This document shows positions 26,448 to 36,090 of a stretch of DNA of 64,000 nt, piece by piece; position 1 is the first letter of the stretch; each line of letters opens with the position of its first letter. The DNA lies in assembly GCA_037441705.1 (NCBI GenBank), contig JBBIRR010000016.1, positions 1 through 64,000 of the forward strand, in the 5' to 3' direction. A program made the position numbers and the translations under genes. The notes under the pieces were generated by a model. It had not been told where the DNA came from. It ran no database searches and saw only the letters and a program-made list of their open reading frames with translations. The DNA is from Ignavibacteriales bacterium. GTDB lineage: Bacteria; Bacteroidota; Ignavibacteria; UBA10030; UBA6906.

Positions 26448-28553
26448 TCATAACTCGACTCCCAGCGTGGCGCGATATGACCGCAACGGCATCGGATATG
26501 CAGGCACACTCTGGTAGTCGTTGTTCAACAGATTGTTCACTTCCACTCGAAGCAGCAACGAAACATCCGTTATGCGCATTCGGACATTGAGGTTTGCGTC
26601 TGCAATTGTGTAGGAAGGAAGAAAACTACGATTGTCCTCGCTCGTGAACCGGAACCCGACATACGATGCAGCCACCGCTGCCTCGAGCTCTCGAACGAAC
26701 GATCCTTCGAACTCATGCCGGAAAGCAATGCTATAGTGGGCTTGCTCTTGCGGTACGTAGATGAGATAGGCGTTCGCATTTGGATCGCCGGGTGAATCTG
26801 GCTGCGTCTTGCGCGCTGCGAGCGATGTGTAGCTCATTCCAAAAGTCAAGCGTTCATCGAGCGTCGTCCATTTGTACGCCACCTCAACGCCCCTGGAGCG
26901 AACGCTACGCAGATTCTTCGGCATGACGGTAAAGCTGCCCGCGGGAACCCACACAATTCGATTCCTCATAGCAATATCGAAGTACGTGCACTGAAGATGA
27001 TGTGTTCCGGCAAGAGAAAGCCTCACATCCATGCCGACGTCAATGCTCGTCGAACGCTCGGGTTGCAGATGCGGATTGCCGATACCGCCACCGCCTGCAT
27101 AGAACAATTCGTTGAACGTCGGCGCCCGGAAATTCCTGCTGACGCTGGCACGAAGGCTCATCTGGATCACTCCGCCCACTTCCTGGAATGAAATCACGGT
27201 TCCAAGCTGCGGACTCCAGCTTGTGATAATCTCCCCTTCCGTCCTGACTGCATCATATCTGAGTGCAGGATAGAGGAGCATGTTCCGCACGATTGGGCCT
27301 TCTGTCCCAACCTGCTGCTGCAGGGCGGCGTACCCTGCGTAGGATATGCGGCGCACATCCGACCCCAGAAAGTTGCCGACGCCTGTTGTTCGCGAAAACT
27401 CACTGCCCAGCGCTATGCGCGTCCTGTCGCTCAGGGCGAAATCCATCGTCGGCTCGAGACGAACATCGGTTGTCTTGTAGAAGTTGTCTAACGGCGTCCC
27501 CCCCACAAGAAAGGCCCTGTCCTCGTACCGCTGATAGGAGTGATGAAATTGAAATCCAATACGGTAGTGGAATCGCGGCGCATCGTCCGAAGGCGGAGAG
27601 CGGAACGCAGCCTGCAGGAGATGATCCTCATCCTTTTGGCGCGCAACGCTGAAGCTTGCCGGACCGACAACCGGTCCGCCCACCCCGCGTTCGGCGCTGA
27701 ACGTCCTGCCGCACACCCACAACTGCACGGCATCATTCACGAGGAAGTCGGACTGGACGGTGGCGAGGCGACTCCTGAAGTCGGCGTTCTGTCGGGTAAG
27801 CTCGATCTGCTCACTTCCGTTCCGGAAGAGGAACGGGAAATTTTCATCCCCCTTCTCTTCCCGAAACGCTGCGCGAACACCGACACCGTCCGTCACCTCA
27901 CCGCTGCCGGAAACCCAATACCTCCGATAGCCGAACGAACCGATATCGCTTGCAGCACGAACACTCAACTCACGCGTTACGGGACTCAACACAGCATTGA
28001 CCACACCTGCAACTGCATCGGCACCAAAGCTTGCGGACTGACCGCCGCGCACAACCTCCAGCCGGTCAAGCTCATCGGCGGCAATCAGACCGAGATCGAC
28101 GAGGCCGTTTTGCACATTGCTCACGCGCATTCCGTTTATGAGCACGACAGTATGCTCGGCGCCCAATCCGCGCTGAGCAATCGTTTTCAATCCCGACCAT
28201 CCGCCATAGTCTTTGACAAACAGGCCGGGAAGCGGACCGAGTAGATCGGCCAGCGACACGGCGTTCATTTGACCTAACTCGGCCTTGCTCAGAACCGTAA
28301 CGGGTGATGCTGAGAGCGCGGCAGTTTGAGGCAGCCGTGTTGCTGTGACAAGAATCTCCTGCAGAGAATACGCCCGCATCGCTGCCGAATCCGGACCGTC
28401 GGCCGTTTCAACGCGCGAAGAGTCGCCGCACCACGAAGGCACCTCGTGGGCGTACGCCGCAAACGATAGCATGACGAGCAGAGCGAGATATGTGCGATAG
28501 AGAGTAAGCAACAAAAAACCCCGTCTTTCGCGGGAAAGACGGGGCATGCACAC
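26448..28553 (-). CDS. btuB: TonB-dependent cobalamin receptor (BtuB-like); true start uncertain (28547 or 28514)
   Basis: EILVTATR TonB-box region; plug RGLGAEHTVVLINGM..EVVRGGQSASFGADAVAGVVN; FRAPTFNELFY; follows a cobalamin riboswitch. Confidence 0.85.
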   Translation of the reverse strand: MCMPRLSRERRGFLLLTLYRTYLALLVMLSFAAYAHEVPSWCGDSSRVETADGPDSAAMRAYSLQEILVTATRLPQTAALSASPVTVLSKAELGQMNAVSLADLLGPLPGLFVKDYGGWSGLKTIAQRGLGAEHTVVLINGMRVSNVQNGLVDLGLIAADELDRLEVVRGGQSASFGADAVAGVVNAVLSPVTRELSVRAASDIGSFGYRRYWVSGSGEVTDGVGVRAAFREEKGDENFPFLFRNGSEQIELTRQNADFRSRLATVQSDFLVNDAVQLWVCGRTFSAERGVGGPVVGPASFSVARQKDEDHLLQAAFRSPPSDDAPRFHYRIGFQFHHSYQRYEDRAFLVGGTPLDNFYKTTDVRLEPTMDFALSDRTRIALGSEFSRTTGVGNFLGSDVRRISYAGYAALQQQVGTEGPIVRNMLLYPALRYDAVRTEGEIITSWSPQLGTVISFQEVGGVIQMSLRASVSRNFRAPTFNELFYAGGGGIGNPHLQPERSTSIDVGMDVRLSLAGTHHLQCTYFDIAMRNRIVWVPAGSFTVMPKNLRSVRSRGVEVAYKWTTLDERLTFGMSYTSLAARKTQPDSPGDPNANAYLIYVPQEQAHYSIAFRHEFEGSFVRELEAAVAASYVGFRFTSEDNRSFLPSYTIADANLNVRMRITDVSLLLRVEVNNLLNNDYQSVPAYPMPLRSYRATLGVEL
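28513..28544 (-). terminator. Intrinsic terminator in the riboswitch expression platform
   Basis: Minus strand CCCCGTCTTT-CCCGCG-AAAGACGGGG followed by TTTTTT. Confidence 0.75.
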
Positions 28554-28607
28554 TCTGGAGTGATGATCCGTTCTCTTCCCGCGAAGAGTTGTTAGGACTT
28601 AGACTTT

Positions 28608-28797
28608 GGCAGGTCTCCTGGCTTACGGCCGGTTGTTGCATTGCCTGCCTTCCCACTGCGATTGACGCGCAGCAGTGGCAGACAAACGTGTGCCGATTAC
28701 AGTTGCGGGGCAGCTTCCGCTTTGTCCGCTCGAAGCAGACGCACGGAATTCCCTCTTGCAGTCCGTCCCGACTTCTCGAGACGAACACCAAAGCCTG
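28608..28797 (-). ncRNA. Cobalamin riboswitch
   Basis: Minus strand conserved elements AAGAGGGAA, GCCCCGCAACTGTAA, GCCACTG, GGGAAGG and B12-box AAGCCAGGAGACCTGCC upstream of btuB. Confidence 0.95.
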
Positions 28798-28825
28798 GTA
28801 TGAGAAAGAGCAAAACGCTGGACAC

Positions 28826-28854
28826 AATATATCTTATTGATGAGGCGAAGTCAA
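28826..28854 (-). promoter_or_regulatory. Sigma70-type promoter of riboswitch-btuB-btuG
   Basis: TTGACT-N17-TATATT about 30 nt upstream of the aptamer. Confidence 0.7.
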
Positions 28855-28869
28855 GCCCCAACATTTTCT

Positions 28870-28898
28870 TTGTCATTTTTCTTTGAATGGTTTATATT
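28870..28898 (+). promoter_or_regulatory. Sigma70-type promoter of deoC
   Basis: TTGTCA-N17-TATATT, back-to-back with the btuB promoter. Confidence 0.65.
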
Positions 28899-28963
28899 AG
28901 GTCAGTCTCGCCCGCAGCATAGCGCTTGAACCACCAACGCGTACATCGAAACGGTATTCATGC

Positions 28964-29854
28964 ATGACCCGCGAAACGGTTGACCGCATCATCAATGAGA
29001 TCCTTCAGGAAAAACTGAAGTCCCACGCAGGGCATCTTTGCTGTAAGGATGGCGTCTGTTCGGATAACCTCTGTGTCGTTCACAACAAGGAGGGTGTTCG
29101 CGCTATTGTGAATGGCGGTGCCGAGCGCATCACCGCCGGCATCGGCATCGAGAAGGCAGGAGGCATCGAGCCGGACCTTGCACGCCTGATCGACCACACG
29201 CTGCTGAAACCGGAAGCGACGATGAGCGACATCGAAAAGCTGTGCGATGAGGCGCGTAAGTACGGCTTCGCAAGCGTCTGCATCAACCCCAGCTATGTGC
29301 CGCTGTGCGCAAAACTTCTGCGCGGCACAGGCGTCAAGGTCTGTACGGTCATCGGCTTCCCTCTCGGCGCTACGCTTACGGCAGTCAAGGCATTTGAGAC
29401 CGAGCATGTCATCCGCGACGGCGCTCAGGAGGTGGACATGGTGATCAACGTCGGCATGCTGAAATCCGGCCAGTACGAGTTCGTCGAAAACGACATCTTC
29501 GCTGTTGTGAGTACAGCCCGACGCTACCGCGTTCTCACGAAGGTTATCCTCGAAACCGGTTTGTTGACGGACGAGGAGAAGGTAAAGGCATGCATCCTTG
29601 CGAAGCGCGCGGGCGCCGACTTCGTGAAGACGTCCACCGGATTCGGCAAAGGAGGCGCCACCGTTGGCGATATTGCTTTAATGCGAAGAGTAGTTGGATC
29701 GGCCATGGGCGTCAAGGCTTCGGGAGGCGTCCGCACACGCGAAGATGCGCTTGCCATGGTGGCACATGGTGCCGACCGTATCGGGGCAAGTGCAAGCGTC
29801 AAGATCGTAAGTCCCGAGCCGAACTTAGAACCTGCAACCGCGAAGGGTTACTGA
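28964..29854 (+). CDS. deoC: Deoxyribose-phosphate aldolase with ~70-aa N-terminal extension
   Basis: [54 protein letters not shown]. Confidence 0.96.
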   Translation: MTRETVDRIINEILQEKLKSHAGHLCCKDGVCSDNLCVVHNKEGVRAIVNGGAERITAGIGIEKAGGIEPDLARLIDHTLLKPEATMSDIEKLCDEARKYGFASVCINPSYVPLCAKLLRGTGVKVCTVIGFPLGATLTAVKAFETEHVIRDGAQEVDMVINVGMLKSGQYEFVENDIFAVVSTARRYRVLTKVILETGLLTDEEKVKACILAKRAGADFVKTSTGFGKGGATVGDIALMRRVVGSAMGVKASGGVRTREDALAMVAHGADRIGASASVKIVSPEPNLEPATAKGY

Positions 29855-29857
29855 CCG

Positions 29858-30307
29858 ATGCGAGGGGTTCTTCTCTTCATCGGCCTCCTTGCGGTAGGTG
29901 GATGCGGTACTTCCACCGAAAGCGACAGGCGATGGCTGCAGTTGCCGGCCGATTCTGCCGCCCGTCCTCCGGAGCCGGGATTCGAAACACGTACCGACAC
30001 CGTTGCGGCACAGCAGCAAAAAGAATCGGCGGGTCTCGGAACGTCCCAGAAGGTGACAGGAGCGCGCTACGCAGTGCAGATAGGATCGTTCCGAGTCCAG
30101 CGCAATGCAATTAGAACGCTTGCACAAGCGCGACAGCGGTTTCAGCAACCGGTGGTGAACGACTACAACAGTGCCCGCCGGCGCTACCAGATACGCATTG
30201 GGTTCTTCCTCACGCGTGAAGAGGCGGAAGTTTTCCGCGCTAAGATCATCAACGAATTTCCACAGGAATACGGAGACGCATGGGTCGTACGCATTCCATC
30301 GCGATAG
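29858..30307 (+). CDS. SPOR-domain lipoprotein
   Basis: Lipobox VGGC; YAVQIGSF...YQIRIGFFLTREEAE...YGDAWVV. Confidence 0.8.
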   Translation: MRGVLLFIGLLAVGGCGTSTESDRRWLQLPADSAARPPEPGFETRTDTVAAQQQKESAGLGTSQKVTGARYAVQIGSFRVQRNAIRTLAQARQRFQQPVVNDYNSARRRYQIRIGFFLTREEAEVFRAKIINEFPQEYGDAWVVRIPSR

Positions 30308-30816
30308 AAGCTGCCGCGTTGATGCTCGTCATCGGTCTCACGATGGCAGGATGCGGCAGCACGAAAAAAGCGCAGCATTCCGAAGCATCATCGGAAGCTT
30401 CTGCGTTAGAGGAGTATGAAGCTGAATTTCAACCGTCGGATTACGATGTGGATGTCGCTGCGGTGTTTTCCGAACTCAGGAAAGAAAAAGAAAAGGAACC
30501 GCCTCCGGCAGAAGCCGGTTCGACAGTTGAGGCTCCGATCTTGGTTCCCGGCTATCGCGTGCAGTTGTTTGCAACGACCGATATTGATGAAGCAAATAGT
30601 CAGAAGGCGATGGCCCAAGCCGCTTTCCCCAACGAATGGTTCTACATCGATTACGACCCGCCGACCTACAAGCTGCGCGCCGGTAACTTCCTGTCGCGCA
30701 CCGACGCCGAGGCCTTCGCCCAAGCGCTTCAGTCCAGCGGCTACTCCGACGCCTGGGTGGTTCCCGATCGCGTGCAGAAGAATGCACCCCCACGCCGCGC
30801 AAAAAGTCCGGAATGA
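30280..30816 (+). CDS. SPOR-domain lipoprotein
   Basis: Lipobox MAGC; GYRVQLF...YKLRAGNFLSRTDAE...YSDAWVVPD. Confidence 0.82.
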   Translation: MGRTHSIAIEAAALMLVIGLTMAGCGSTKKAQHSEASSEASALEEYEAEFQPSDYDVDVAAVFSELRKEKEKEPPPAEAGSTVEAPILVPGYRVQLFATTDIDEANSQKAMAQAAFPNEWFYIDYDPPTYKLRAGNFLSRTDAEAFAQALQSSGYSDAWVVPDRVQKNAPPRRAKSPE

Positions 30817-30834
30817 GCGTCCCATCCCGCCGAG

Positions 30835-32562
30835 TTAGCGGCCCGGGAGTTTCTTGAACGTTATCACCACACCTTCCACCGCCCACCGCGCCCTCACCTT
30901 TACCGTATCGGGATAAACCGCAAAACGTTCCGAGGGTTGAAAAGGATGGGGAGAGCCAAAGGAGTACGATCCGGAAGAATCCCGATCCCGATACGCATGC
31001 AATGTGTAGAACCCCTCCGGCAACTGTTCGACTTTGAGCTTACCCGGAGCGGAAAGACGAAACGTCTTCACCGTTGGTGTTTGGGTGCGCACGCTCGAAA
31101 CCGTCACCGCAATATCTCCACGCGTGTCTTCCTTCTCCTCATCCACTACCGTCCCCTCGATCGTGCCGGTGATTCTCAGATCGAGAGACTGAAACCGCAG
31201 GACCCAAACGGAGTCCTGATAGCCATTCCCCCACCTGTCGCGCACAGAATCCATAACCACCCTGATTGTGTACCATGAACGCGACGACAACGGTTGGCGC
31301 GGAGTGAGAATCACGCTGGATGCGGTGGGCCACGAAACGGAGGATGCTACAGGAGTCTTGAGGCTATCGAGAAGTGCAAGACCGTCGCTTGCGGCCATCT
31401 GATCTACCGGTTCCGAAAACCTGATCTCGAAGCTCTGCTCCAGCGGGATGTTCGTGATGCTGTCCCGAAGCCCTACAATTTGCAACGTAGGCTTTAGCGT
31501 ATCCCGGACGGCAATGCCGGTAAAATCATACCGCGCATTTGCCGGGTCGATCACATTGCCGGCGCGATCGCGGACGCCCTCGACCGAAAGCCGATACATC
31601 TTCCCGCTATCAATCGGAGCCGCCGTTAACACAATCGCCGCCGTCGAATCCCCTCGGTCTAACGACTGAAGCAACAACGGCACGGACTGGAGCGTGACCG
31701 TGTCTTGAACAGAAATGCGAGCTGTTGCAAATGAGGCCGTGTCGAGCGGCTCGCTGAACCGAACCTGGAGCTGCGAGTGCGTTAGAGGAGTCACTTTCGT
31801 CAGAAACGGCTTCGTTGTATCCTCGGTGAAAAGTCGGAACCATATGTCGGCGACGCGAGGCTGATCCGCCGTCAGCGTAACATCCGTCACGGCAACACCG
31901 ACCTGATCGGTCTGCCTGTCATAAATCAGATTGCGATACTCATCCCGCACGGCAAAGATTCTATATGTGTCGAAGCGGATATTGGAGAAAGAAAAGACGC
32001 CGTTTTTCCCAGTTTGCATGATGTAGTCGGGTTTGGAGCGGCTCGGATCAAGCGTGTCGGAATTGATGGTGCTCAGAGCGTATGCAAAGAGCATGATTCC
32101 TTCCGGCTTGTCGTCAAACACTCGTCCGGCGACGGCACCTTGATCAATACTGTCGCCTGTTGAGAACGCCAGCGTGAAGCCATGCGCCATCCTGTTGCGA
32201 GCACGCAGGTCAATGATGTCGGTGCCGACATTGACGACATAGGTGGTGTTCATCTTCAGCGGCTCGCCCAGATGAATCGTCACTTCCGTACCGCTCCAAT
32301 CGAACTCTAACTGGCCGACATACGGAGAGATGAAGATGGATTCCTCCACCGAACGGCGATCAACGTATTCGCTGAACTCGAGAACGATGCGATCGGTCGT
32401 GACACGGACAGCATTGGAATCCGGTTCCGTCCGGATGATTTCCGGCGGCACTGAGTCAACAGGACCGCCCGAAGGGGGCACCTGTCCTGCACAACCGATG
32501 AGCAGCAGAACACACAAAAGAAAGCGACTGCGGGTAACCAGAGTTTTCAGGGAATTGTTCAA
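30835..32562 (-). CDS. Ig-like (Big_5) domain lipoprotein
   Basis: LIGCAGQVPPSGGPVDSVPP start; repeated LEFSEYVD/VRFSEPLD/IRFSEPVD Ig modules. Confidence 0.8.
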   Translation of the reverse strand: MNNSLKTLVTRSRFLLCVLLLIGCAGQVPPSGGPVDSVPPEIIRTEPDSNAVRVTTDRIVLEFSEYVDRRSVEESIFISPYVGQLEFDWSGTEVTIHLGEPLKMNTTYVVNVGTDIIDLRARNRMAHGFTLAFSTGDSIDQGAVAGRVFDDKPEGIMLFAYALSTINSDTLDPSRSKPDYIMQTGKNGVFSFSNIRFDTYRIFAVRDEYRNLIYDRQTDQVGVAVTDVTLTADQPRVADIWFRLFTEDTTKPFLTKVTPLTHSQLQVRFSEPLDTASFATARISVQDTVTLQSVPLLLQSLDRGDSTAAIVLTAAPIDSGKMYRLSVEGVRDRAGNVIDPANARYDFTGIAVRDTLKPTLQIVGLRDSITNIPLEQSFEIRFSEPVDQMAASDGLALLDSLKTPVASSVSWPTASSVILTPRQPLSSRSWYTIRVVMDSVRDRWGNGYQDSVWVLRFQSLDLRITGTIEGTVVDEEKEDTRGDIAVTVSSVRTQTPTVKTFRLSAPGKLKVEQLPEGFYTLHAYRDRDSSGSYSFGSPHPFQPSERFAVYPDTVKVRARWAVEGVVITFKKLPGR

Positions 32563-32718
32563 GCGTCGGAACCTTTTGAGAGGGGGAACGGTTGTAAAGA
32601 GTGAAGACGGTAGTGCAGTTGGAACGGGGCACTCCGGAACAAGTGTTGAGGCTTACTCCTGATGGTGGGTGGTGATGAGCGAGACATTCCGGGGTTGCCC
32701 CGTTTGCGTTCATGCATT

Positions 32719-33744
32719 TCAGGTACTCTGATTACGTTGTTGCTCCGCCCGTTCCCGCCGAAACTTTCGCACGTTTGCCAAATGCTGTGTGTACGTCGTG
32801 GCGAACCAGTGCCCACCTTTCCCATCCGATACGAAAAAGTAGTAATTGTGATGCTCGGGATACAAAGCCGCAATGATGGAAGCCGCGCGCGGACTGCAGA
32901 TCGGACCCGGAGGCAATCCGTAGTTGCGATAGGTGTTGTACGGACTTTCGATCCGCAGGTCGTTATGGTAGATTCGTCGAGGCCCGTCTGGAATGATGAA
33001 TTGGATTGTCGGGTCTGCCTCTAACCGCATGCCTTTGCGCAAACGGTTGTGGTACACGCCCGAGATGGTAGCCCGTTCATCGTCGAAGAAGGCCTCGCCC
33101 TCAATTATTGAGGCAAGCGTCAGCACTTCATGGATCGTCATCTTCAGTTCAGCCGCGCGCTGCCGAAGAGAATCATTGAAAACCTTAAGCGTCTGCCCTA
33201 CGAGTCGTTCGATCACCTCTGCCTCATCCGTCTGCCAGTTGAAGAAGTACGTCTCCGGAAACAAGTACCCCTCGAGCGAGTTCGCCTCAACGCCGAGCGA
33301 GCGGGCAAATTCTGCATCGTTGATGAGAGACATGAACCGGGCCGAGTCAATCCCTATCGAGCGCGCGAGCAGCCGCGCATAGGCAGGGGCGCGTTTTCCT
33401 TCTCGCAGCGTCACTGAAAGCGGCACGATGTTTCTGCCCAGCCGCAGGCTGTTGTACAGATCCAAATTGGAGATCCCGCTGGCAAATTCGTATCTACCAA
33501 CCACCGCAACCGCTCCGCGTCGCAGGACTTTCACCACCAGCTCAAACATCCCCCGGTTTCGGATGATGCCCTCGTTCTCTAATCCATCCACCACCTCTTG
33601 CCATGTTTGCCCTTTGCTGACAACGAAGATTTTCCTTTCGGCGTCAGCAAATGTGTTCGGCCCATAGAAGATGTAGCCAAGGAGCGCCGCGCCGGCAACA
33701 ATGGCCGCCGCTACTATCACGATAAGAATCTTCGAAACCTTCAC
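32719..33744 (-). CDS. mltG: Endolytic transglycosylase MltG
   Basis: LEGYLFPETY, LTLASIIEGE, LEADPT, SPYNTYRNYGLPPGPI; GTG start at 33744 behind GAGGAG, overlapping the yfhO stop. Confidence 0.95.
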   Translation of the reverse strand: MKVSKILIVIVAAAIVAGAALLGYIFYGPNTFADAERKIFVVSKGQTWQEVVDGLENEGIIRNRGMFELVVKVLRRGAVAVVGRYEFASGISNLDLYNSLRLGRNIVPLSVTLREGKRAPAYARLLARSIGIDSARFMSLINDAEFARSLGVEANSLEGYLFPETYFFNWQTDEAEVIERLVGQTLKVFNDSLRQRAAELKMTIHEVLTLASIIEGEAFFDDERATISGVYHNRLRKGMRLEADPTIQFIIPDGPRRIYHNDLRIESPYNTYRNYGLPPGPICSPRAASIIAALYPEHHNYYFFVSDGKGGHWFATTYTQHLANVRKFRRERAEQQRNQST

Positions 33745-35984
33745 GTAGATTGTCTCCTCTTCATGACTGCCAGACCTACCCCCAGCAGCAACGCGCCGCA
33801 CGAGATAAGAAAGCCCCACAGAATCGTCGGGGATTCAAAGCGGAACTCCACCGTGTGACTTCCCGCGGGAACCACAACGGCCCGCTGGCAGTAGTTCGCC
33901 CGGTAGATGGTGGTTCGTACACCATCAATATACGCATTCCAGCCAGGATAGAACGTGTCCGAAAGTACAAGAATTCCTCCGGACGGCGTTGCCGCCGAGA
34001 TTTCGACGCGGTTTGTTCTATACTGCTCGACCGTTGCGGTTCCTTCACCGGTCGTGCTCGAGGCCAGGGTAAGGTTCTCGTGCAGGATAACCTCCCGCGT
34101 GGGATCGAAATCCTCCGACAGTAGGATTTGCTTGGCAATCTCAGGCGTTGCTGCCACACGAGGGCGCTCGACAAAATACGCGCGGGGCAGCACGTCAGGG
34201 TTCCGGTAGATGAACAACCGAGGTTTCCGCTCGAGCAGTTCCCAATCGTGCGCTGCGATCTCCCACGGCGAAATCACATACTTGACGTTGAAGAGATTCA
34301 TGATCTTACGAAACGAGGCCTGCGGAATCAATCGGCCTTCGGCAAGCGACGCGGTTTGCAGAATCAACCCGCCCCGATTCTGATCACCCCAAATATCAAC
34401 GACATAGTTGGGCGTAAGCTGTGCGTAGCCGTCCGCGCTGGAAAGTCCGTAGAGAACGTTGCTGCTCGGTTGGATGTACTCGCGCTGATCGATGTACGGT
34501 TGTAAGTCGCCCGACCACCCTCTTGCTGACGCGAACGCCGCCTTGTGAACCTCCGACGCACCCGGCGAAAAGATGCGGAACAGACTCGTATCCTGCTTCA
34601 AGCGCTGAACCGTCTTCGGCTCTTCACGCCACCGGTGCGCATCAACAATCGGATTCTGCCGCAATTGGAAGAACAAGAGGTCCGCAATCACGATCGTTAC
34701 GACGGCACCCCCCAGCGGTGAGATGACCAACTTGCTGCCCTCCGGTGCCCGGCGGCCGGCCAAGAGCCCGGTAGCGCCAAGCGCTGCAAGCACACACAAC
34801 GCCGCATCGACGACAAACAGGAAGCGCGTCGGAAACCTGAAGAACTTCATTCCAGGCACCGCGTAAAACGCCGCCTCATACACCGGCGTGTTCGGCCCGA
34901 GCACAAAGATATAGGCAACAACCGCAGTGAACGCAAAGAACCTGACATGCCATTGGTTCCACGATCGCACAACGGCAACAAGAGCGAGCAGGAATGTCAA
35001 CAACCCAACGTATCCGTAGTCCTCCCAGAAAATGCTGTCGCCGGTGTACGTCGCGTTGCTGATATCCCCGTTTGCCAGCGGATAGAAGAAGGTTTTGAAG
35101 TTGGCCGGATCGTAGGCGTAGCTTGCAGCATAGTCGAACGTTACGCCGCCTGCACGCTGCGTGAGACCGACAAGTTCGTACGTAGGAAGAAGCTGCACGG
35201 CGCTGAGTCCAACGCCGAACATCATCGCCAGAATAAACCAGAGCGCATACGGTTTCCATTGCAGAGTGGCAGGATCAGGCCTGGTGGTTGACTTCACCTT
35301 TCGATGCACGGTCCCGGCTTTTTCTTTGAATGAAAGAAGTCGGAACCCAACATAGCAGACGTAGACCAGGCCCGAGTAGTACGCGGTCTGCGTATGACCG
35401 GACAGATGCTGCAATCCAAACACACACCCCAACCAGAGAAGCTCCGACGGTGCGCGACGCCGGAACGCTCGCTCGATGACCAGCAAGCCAAACGGAAACC
35501 AGCAAACCGTCCCGACCATGCTGAGATGCTTGATGTGCGACACCATGAAGCCCGAATAGGCAAACGATAGAGCTGCAACAAGCGCGCCGGACATTCCCAC
35601 GTCAAGCTCACGAGCATAGAAGTACATGCCGAGCGCTGCCGTGATGAGCGTAAGCAGAATGACAAGATTGAGCGCGACATAGGGTGGAAGAAGGCCGAAC
35701 AGCAGCAGATTGAACGGATAGCACACACCTGCTTCTGCACGGGCAAGCAACGGAATCCCTCCGTAGATGTACGGCAACCACGTCGGCAGCTCTCCTTTCT
35801 TCAACGCCTCGCTGATGTAGTGCCGATACGGAAATCCCTCGTTCATAATGTCGCTGGTGAAAATATCATCCGTTATGACGAAGCCCTGCATCGTTGCAAG
35901 CTTCCAGTACGGAAGAAGAATCAGAAGTACGAGAAAGGCAACGGGTAGCAGCAGAGGATGCTTCTTCAGGAACGGGCGCACCAT
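33741..35984 (-). CDS. YfhO-family membrane protein (GT-C-like glycosyltransferase)
   Basis: GELPTWLPYIYGGIP, LSAVQLLPTYEL, FRFPTRF, LSDTFYPGWNAYIDG..VPAGSHTVEFRF; multiple TM helices. Confidence 0.85.
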   Translation of the reverse strand: MVRPFLKKHPLLLPVAFLVLLILLPYWKLATMQGFVITDDIFTSDIMNEGFPYRHYISEALKKGELPTWLPYIYGGIPLLARAEAGVCYPFNLLLFGLLPPYVALNLVILLTLITAALGMYFYARELDVGMSGALVAALSFAYSGFMVSHIKHLSMVGTVCWFPFGLLVIERAFRRRAPSELLWLGCVFGLQHLSGHTQTAYYSGLVYVCYVGFRLLSFKEKAGTVHRKVKSTTRPDPATLQWKPYALWFILAMMFGVGLSAVQLLPTYELVGLTQRAGGVTFDYAASYAYDPANFKTFFYPLANGDISNATYTGDSIFWEDYGYVGLLTFLLALVAVVRSWNQWHVRFFAFTAVVAYIFVLGPNTPVYEAAFYAVPGMKFFRFPTRFLFVVDAALCVLAALGATGLLAGRRAPEGSKLVISPLGGAVVTIVIADLLFFQLRQNPIVDAHRWREEPKTVQRLKQDTSLFRIFSPGASEVHKAAFASARGWSGDLQPYIDQREYIQPSSNVLYGLSSADGYAQLTPNYVVDIWGDQNRGGLILQTASLAEGRLIPQASFRKIMNLFNVKYVISPWEIAAHDWELLERKPRLFIYRNPDVLPRAYFVERPRVAATPEIAKQILLSEDFDPTREVILHENLTLASSTTGEGTATVEQYRTNRVEISAATPSGGILVLSDTFYPGWNAYIDGVRTTIYRANYCQRAVVVPAGSHTVEFRFESPTILWGFLISCGALLLGVGLAVMKRRQST

Positions 35985-36090
35985 CAACGCGAGCGGGTAG
36001 GATGCATGAATGCGGGAGAGCATGCACAGACTGCCGTCATCGCAGCAAGGGGACGGGAATGAGCCTCACGCAGATTGAGAACCGATCTCA

